DNA of 64,000 nucleotides from a virus: IMG/VR virus record IMGVR_UViG_3300035670_000141, positions 1 to 64,000 of that record; one strand, 5' to 3'. Shown piece by piece: positions 61,238 to 64,000 of this stretch (position 1 is its first letter; each line of letters starts with the position of its first letter). The notes under the pieces were generated by a model. It saw only the letters and a program-made list of their open reading frames with translations, ran no database searches and was not told where the DNA came from. The position numbers and the translations under genes were made by a program.

Positions 61238-61963
61238 TTAAGGTGCAAGCTTAGCTTTTTGCCACCTATTTTTATGATACCAGGCCGCAATTTGAGGCAC
61301 CCAAGCTTCAAAATGTGGCCACATCAATTCACACATCTGCCGAATTTCTGGCTGAGCATCAAGCTTTGCGCGTAAATCAAGGAAGTGCATAAATGACCTT
61401 ACATTAAAACTAACTACAAAATGTTGCCTATAATCAAAGGGCAAAATGCCGCGTGCGTGCTCTTCTGCAAAACCGGCAGATATTAAATCGCGATAACGTT
61501 CGGCGGTAAGCTTACAAAGATAAAGATCTTTATTGCGCTGATAAGATGTGTATTCATATTTTTTGCCTTGGCGATCTGTATAATGACCTAATGGTCGCAA
61601 ATAGAATACATTTTCAAGATGTAGCTCGCCACTAGCAGCTTTGCAGATACGATCTCCAGTGTAACGCATGGATTGAACATCAAAACTTATCCCTACCCTA
61701 TGTGTCCGAGCTTGCTGCATTACAGAGTGAGGAAACCATCCGCAATTAAGTGTGATTTGTGGATGTTCTAGTGGTCCGTGGTGACCACGTTCTCCTTGAA
61801 GTAATCGCTTAACGCAAACTTCCCCAGCCTTAGTTTCATCTGGCCAGCTATCGCGCTCATCGAATACAAAACCTTCGCTGTAATCCTGATGCATTGCAGC
61901 ATAAATGCACTGCTGAGGATTAGGTGTTTGAGCGATGACTTTAACGCGAAAATGTGGATCCAT
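61238..61963 (-). CDS. thyX: flavin-dependent thymidylate synthase
   Basis: GH.GPLEH, QQARTHRVG.SFDVQSMRY, EHARGILP, AQPEIR. Confidence 0.95.
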   Translation of the reverse strand: MDPHFRVKVIAQTPNPQQCIYAAMHQDYSEGFVFDERDSWPDETKAGEVCVKRLLQGERGHHGPLEHPQITLNCGWFPHSVMQQARTHRVGISFDVQSMRYTGDRICKAASGELHLENVFYLRPLGHYTDRQGKKYEYTSYQRNKDLYLCKLTAERYRDLISAGFAEEHARGILPFDYRQHFVVSFNVRSFMHFLDLRAKLDAQPEIRQMCELMWPHFEAWVPQIAAWYHKNRWQKAKLAP

Positions 61964-62162
61964 AAAAACTATTAATGAGTTTTGGTGTGGCAGCGCCAGT
62001 CGTGCAACCTATCGGATTGCAGGGAGTCGAACCCCACCCCATGCGCTTATTGTAGCATGTCGATAAAGAAGCTTCTGAGATCATAACAAGTTGTTAAGTG
62101 TTTTCACTGGTTACGCCCAATCGTCTATGCTTGTAAAGTCTTTCAATTATCATTACATTTTC

Positions 62163-63182
62163 ATGGCTCCCAATCAACACGTCACATTAACAAGTGATCA
62201 GGATGACATTTATCATACATTAACTGCACTTCGCAGTATCAATAGGTTGATAAATCTTCCAGGATGGGATGATGTAGCTAAAGATAGAAATTTGCAAGGA
62301 TTAGACTCTCTTGCTCATCAGCTATTAGATGTCAACTGGCAGTATATTGTTGCGGGAATACCTAAATCAACTACAGTAGAAATTGAGCGATCTCAATCCT
62401 CTCATCCTCCAGAAATAGACATGGTTCAAATTCCGGCCGGCCGCTTCCTCATGGGATCGTTTGCGGGGGAGGCGGGAAGGCAAGACGACGAAGGCCCTCA
62501 GCATCAGGTGAACTTGCAGTCGTTCCTGATGAGTCGCACGCCGATCACTCAAGCCCAGTGGCGGGCTGTTGCGCAGATGGAGCCGCCGCGCGGGCAGACC
62601 TGGCCTGATGAGCTGAATCCCGATCCGGTTGCTGGCTTGTCCGAGCAATTCCGGGGCGACGACAAGCCGGTGGTGAATGTGGACTGGCACAATGCGATGA
62701 ATTTTTGTAACCGCTTGAGCCAACTCACTGGCCGCAAATATACCTTGCCCAGCGAAGCCCAATGGGAGTACGCCTGCCGCGCGGGCACGACGACACCCTT
62801 TGCCTTTGGCGAAACCCTCAGCAGCGAGCTGGCCAACTACGACGCCAGCGTCACCTATTGCAACGGCACGAAGGGCGAGTATCGGGAGCAAACCACACCC
62901 GTGGGGATGTTCCCGGCCAATGCCTGGGGGTTGCAGGACATGCACGGGAACGTGTGGGAATGGTGCCTGGATCATTGGCACGCGAGCTACAAGGGAGCGC
63001 CCGAGGATGGAAGCGCCTGGTTGGAGGAGAAGGCGTTACAGGAGCCGCCAAGGCTGCTGCGCGGCGGCTCCTGGTTCTCCGTTCCCCACCTCTGCCGCTC
63101 GGCCTTCCGGCTCAGCAACCACCCCGGCATCCGCAGCGGCCTCGTTGGGTTCCGTGTCTGCTGCCCTATTCAATCCCAGTAG
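62163..63182 (+). CDS. FGE-sulfatase/CLec-fold protein, probable DGR target
   Basis: FLMGS, PITQAQW, LPSEAQWEYACRAG, DMHGNVWEW, LRGGSW...CRSA.R...GFRV. Confidence 0.9.
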   Translation: MAPNQHVTLTSDQDDIYHTLTALRSINRLINLPGWDDVAKDRNLQGLDSLAHQLLDVNWQYIVAGIPKSTTVEIERSQSSHPPEIDMVQIPAGRFLMGSFAGEAGRQDDEGPQHQVNLQSFLMSRTPITQAQWRAVAQMEPPRGQTWPDELNPDPVAGLSEQFRGDDKPVVNVDWHNAMNFCNRLSQLTGRKYTLPSEAQWEYACRAGTTTPFAFGETLSSELANYDASVTYCNGTKGEYREQTTPVGMFPANAWGLQDMHGNVWEWCLDHWHASYKGAPEDGSAWLEEKALQEPPRLLRGGSWFSVPHLCRSAFRLSNHPGIRSGLVGFRVCCPIQSQ

Positions 63183-63291
63183 TTCATTTCAACCATTACA
63201 ACAGATTGTTACGACCCTGCCCCGTTGGCGGCAGGGTCCTTTAGAGTAATCACATCGGAGGCAGAGATGCCTCCTCAACTCACCCCAGCAA

Positions 63292-63540
63292 ATGAACCCC
63301 ATCGCTTTTGACCGTCCCCGCGCTAAAACGGTTGTTGCCGGCATTTTTGCTGTACTCGCCTCAGGTGCCTACATCAACCGTGCTTTCATCGTTCGTCGAT
63401 TTGCCGAAGCTGGTTATGCTGATCACCTGGCCGCCCGCTATGCTGATGCGCTGATTGCCCGTAATACCGATATAGAGCACTTCTCCCGCTGGAAAGTGTG
63501 GGGTACAGGCGACCGCATCACATACAGCCTTGCTGGCTAA
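63292..63540 (+). CDS. small hypothetical protein
   Basis: Own promoter element (GAGA hairpin) and terminator. Confidence 0.6.
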   Translation: MNPIAFDRPRAKTVVAGIFAVLASGAYINRAFIVRRFAEAGYADHLAARYADALIARNTDIEHFSRWKVWGTGDRITYSLAG

Positions 63541-63562
63541 TCCTAGCTAATCACTCTCTCGT

Positions 63563-63587
63563 AAACCCCTCAATTGAGGGGTTTTTT
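63563..63587 (+). terminator. intrinsic terminator
   Basis: AAACCCCTCAATTGAGGGGTTTTTT. Confidence 0.8.
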
Positions 63588-63683
63588 ATGGTTTTGCGTG
63601 ATTGTAACAAGTTGTTAAGGGTTTTCACCAGCGACCACCTAATTACCTATGATTGTAAAGCTATTCGACCATCACCAGATTTT

Positions 63684-64000
63684 ATGGCTCCTAATCAAGA
63701 CGTATCATTGACAGCCGATCAGGACGACTTGTCTTATACATTAACCGCACTTCGCAGTATCAATAGGCTAATGAGGCTACCAGGATGGGATGATGTAGCA
63801 AAAGCCAGGAATTTACAAGGATTAGACTCCCTTGCTCATCAATTACTAGATGTTAGCTGGCAATGTATTGCTGGAATACCTAAATCAACTACAGCAGAAA
63901 TTGAGCGATCTCAGGCGTCTTATCCTCCAGAAATAGAAATGACATGGATTCCAGCTGGATCATTTCTTATGGGATCGCCCCTGGAGGAGGGGAGTGATGA
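63684..64000 (+). CDS. second FGE/CLec paralogue, truncated by the window end
   Basis: MAPNQDVSLTADQDD...IPAGSFLMGS, homologous to the 62163 gene including its upstream region. Confidence 0.8.
   Translation, partial: MAPNQDVSLTADQDDLSYTLTALRSINRLMRLPGWDDVAKARNLQGLDSLAHQLLDVSWQCIAGIPKSTTAEIERSQASYPPEIEMTWIPAGSFLMGSPLEEGSD

Noticed and set aside
62367..63249. Several long overlapping ORFs within the FGE gene
   Set aside because: Expected in GC-rich DNA and they carry no recognisable motifs, unlike the intein antisense ORF.
62091..64000. Complete DGR
   Set aside because: No reverse transcriptase, Avd or AAC-rich template repeat was seen in this window; only target genes are supported.
1..64000. 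Prophage or integrase module
   Set aside because: No integrase, repressor pair, att site or host flank was recognised, so lifestyle cannot be determined from this window.

Overview
About 64 kb of a tailed dsDNA phage with a siphovirus-like long tail. The host is most probably a picocyanobacterium (Synechococcus/Cyanobium), inferred from cyanobacterial-type dcd, nrdJ, thyX and dnaN, an NblA-like gene and RpaB/HLR1-like boxes. Positions 1-37 kb hold the morphogenesis module: terminase, portal, MuF, scaffold, major capsid, neck, tail tube, frameshifted tail chaperone, tape measure and fibres. This module has its own sigma factor and a repeated CGGGAAAA(C/A)T late-promoter motif. Positions 37-64 kb hold nucleotide metabolism genes, 3 tRNAs, a lambda-O-like replication initiator with internal iterons, RusA and many small accessory genes. 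Highlights are: (1) an intein in MuF whose apparent endonuclease (HTH + DUF559/Vsr-like) is encoded on the opposite strand; (2) three paralogous basic proteins with a conserved N-terminal module and different C-terminal domains (J-domain, HExxH peptidase, unknown); (3) an AcrIII-1 (DUF1874) ring-nuclease homologue in a hairpin-punctuated small-gene island; (4) duplicated FGE/CLec genes with a DGR variable-region signature but no RT or TR in the window. All family calls come from motif recognition by eye; no searches were run.
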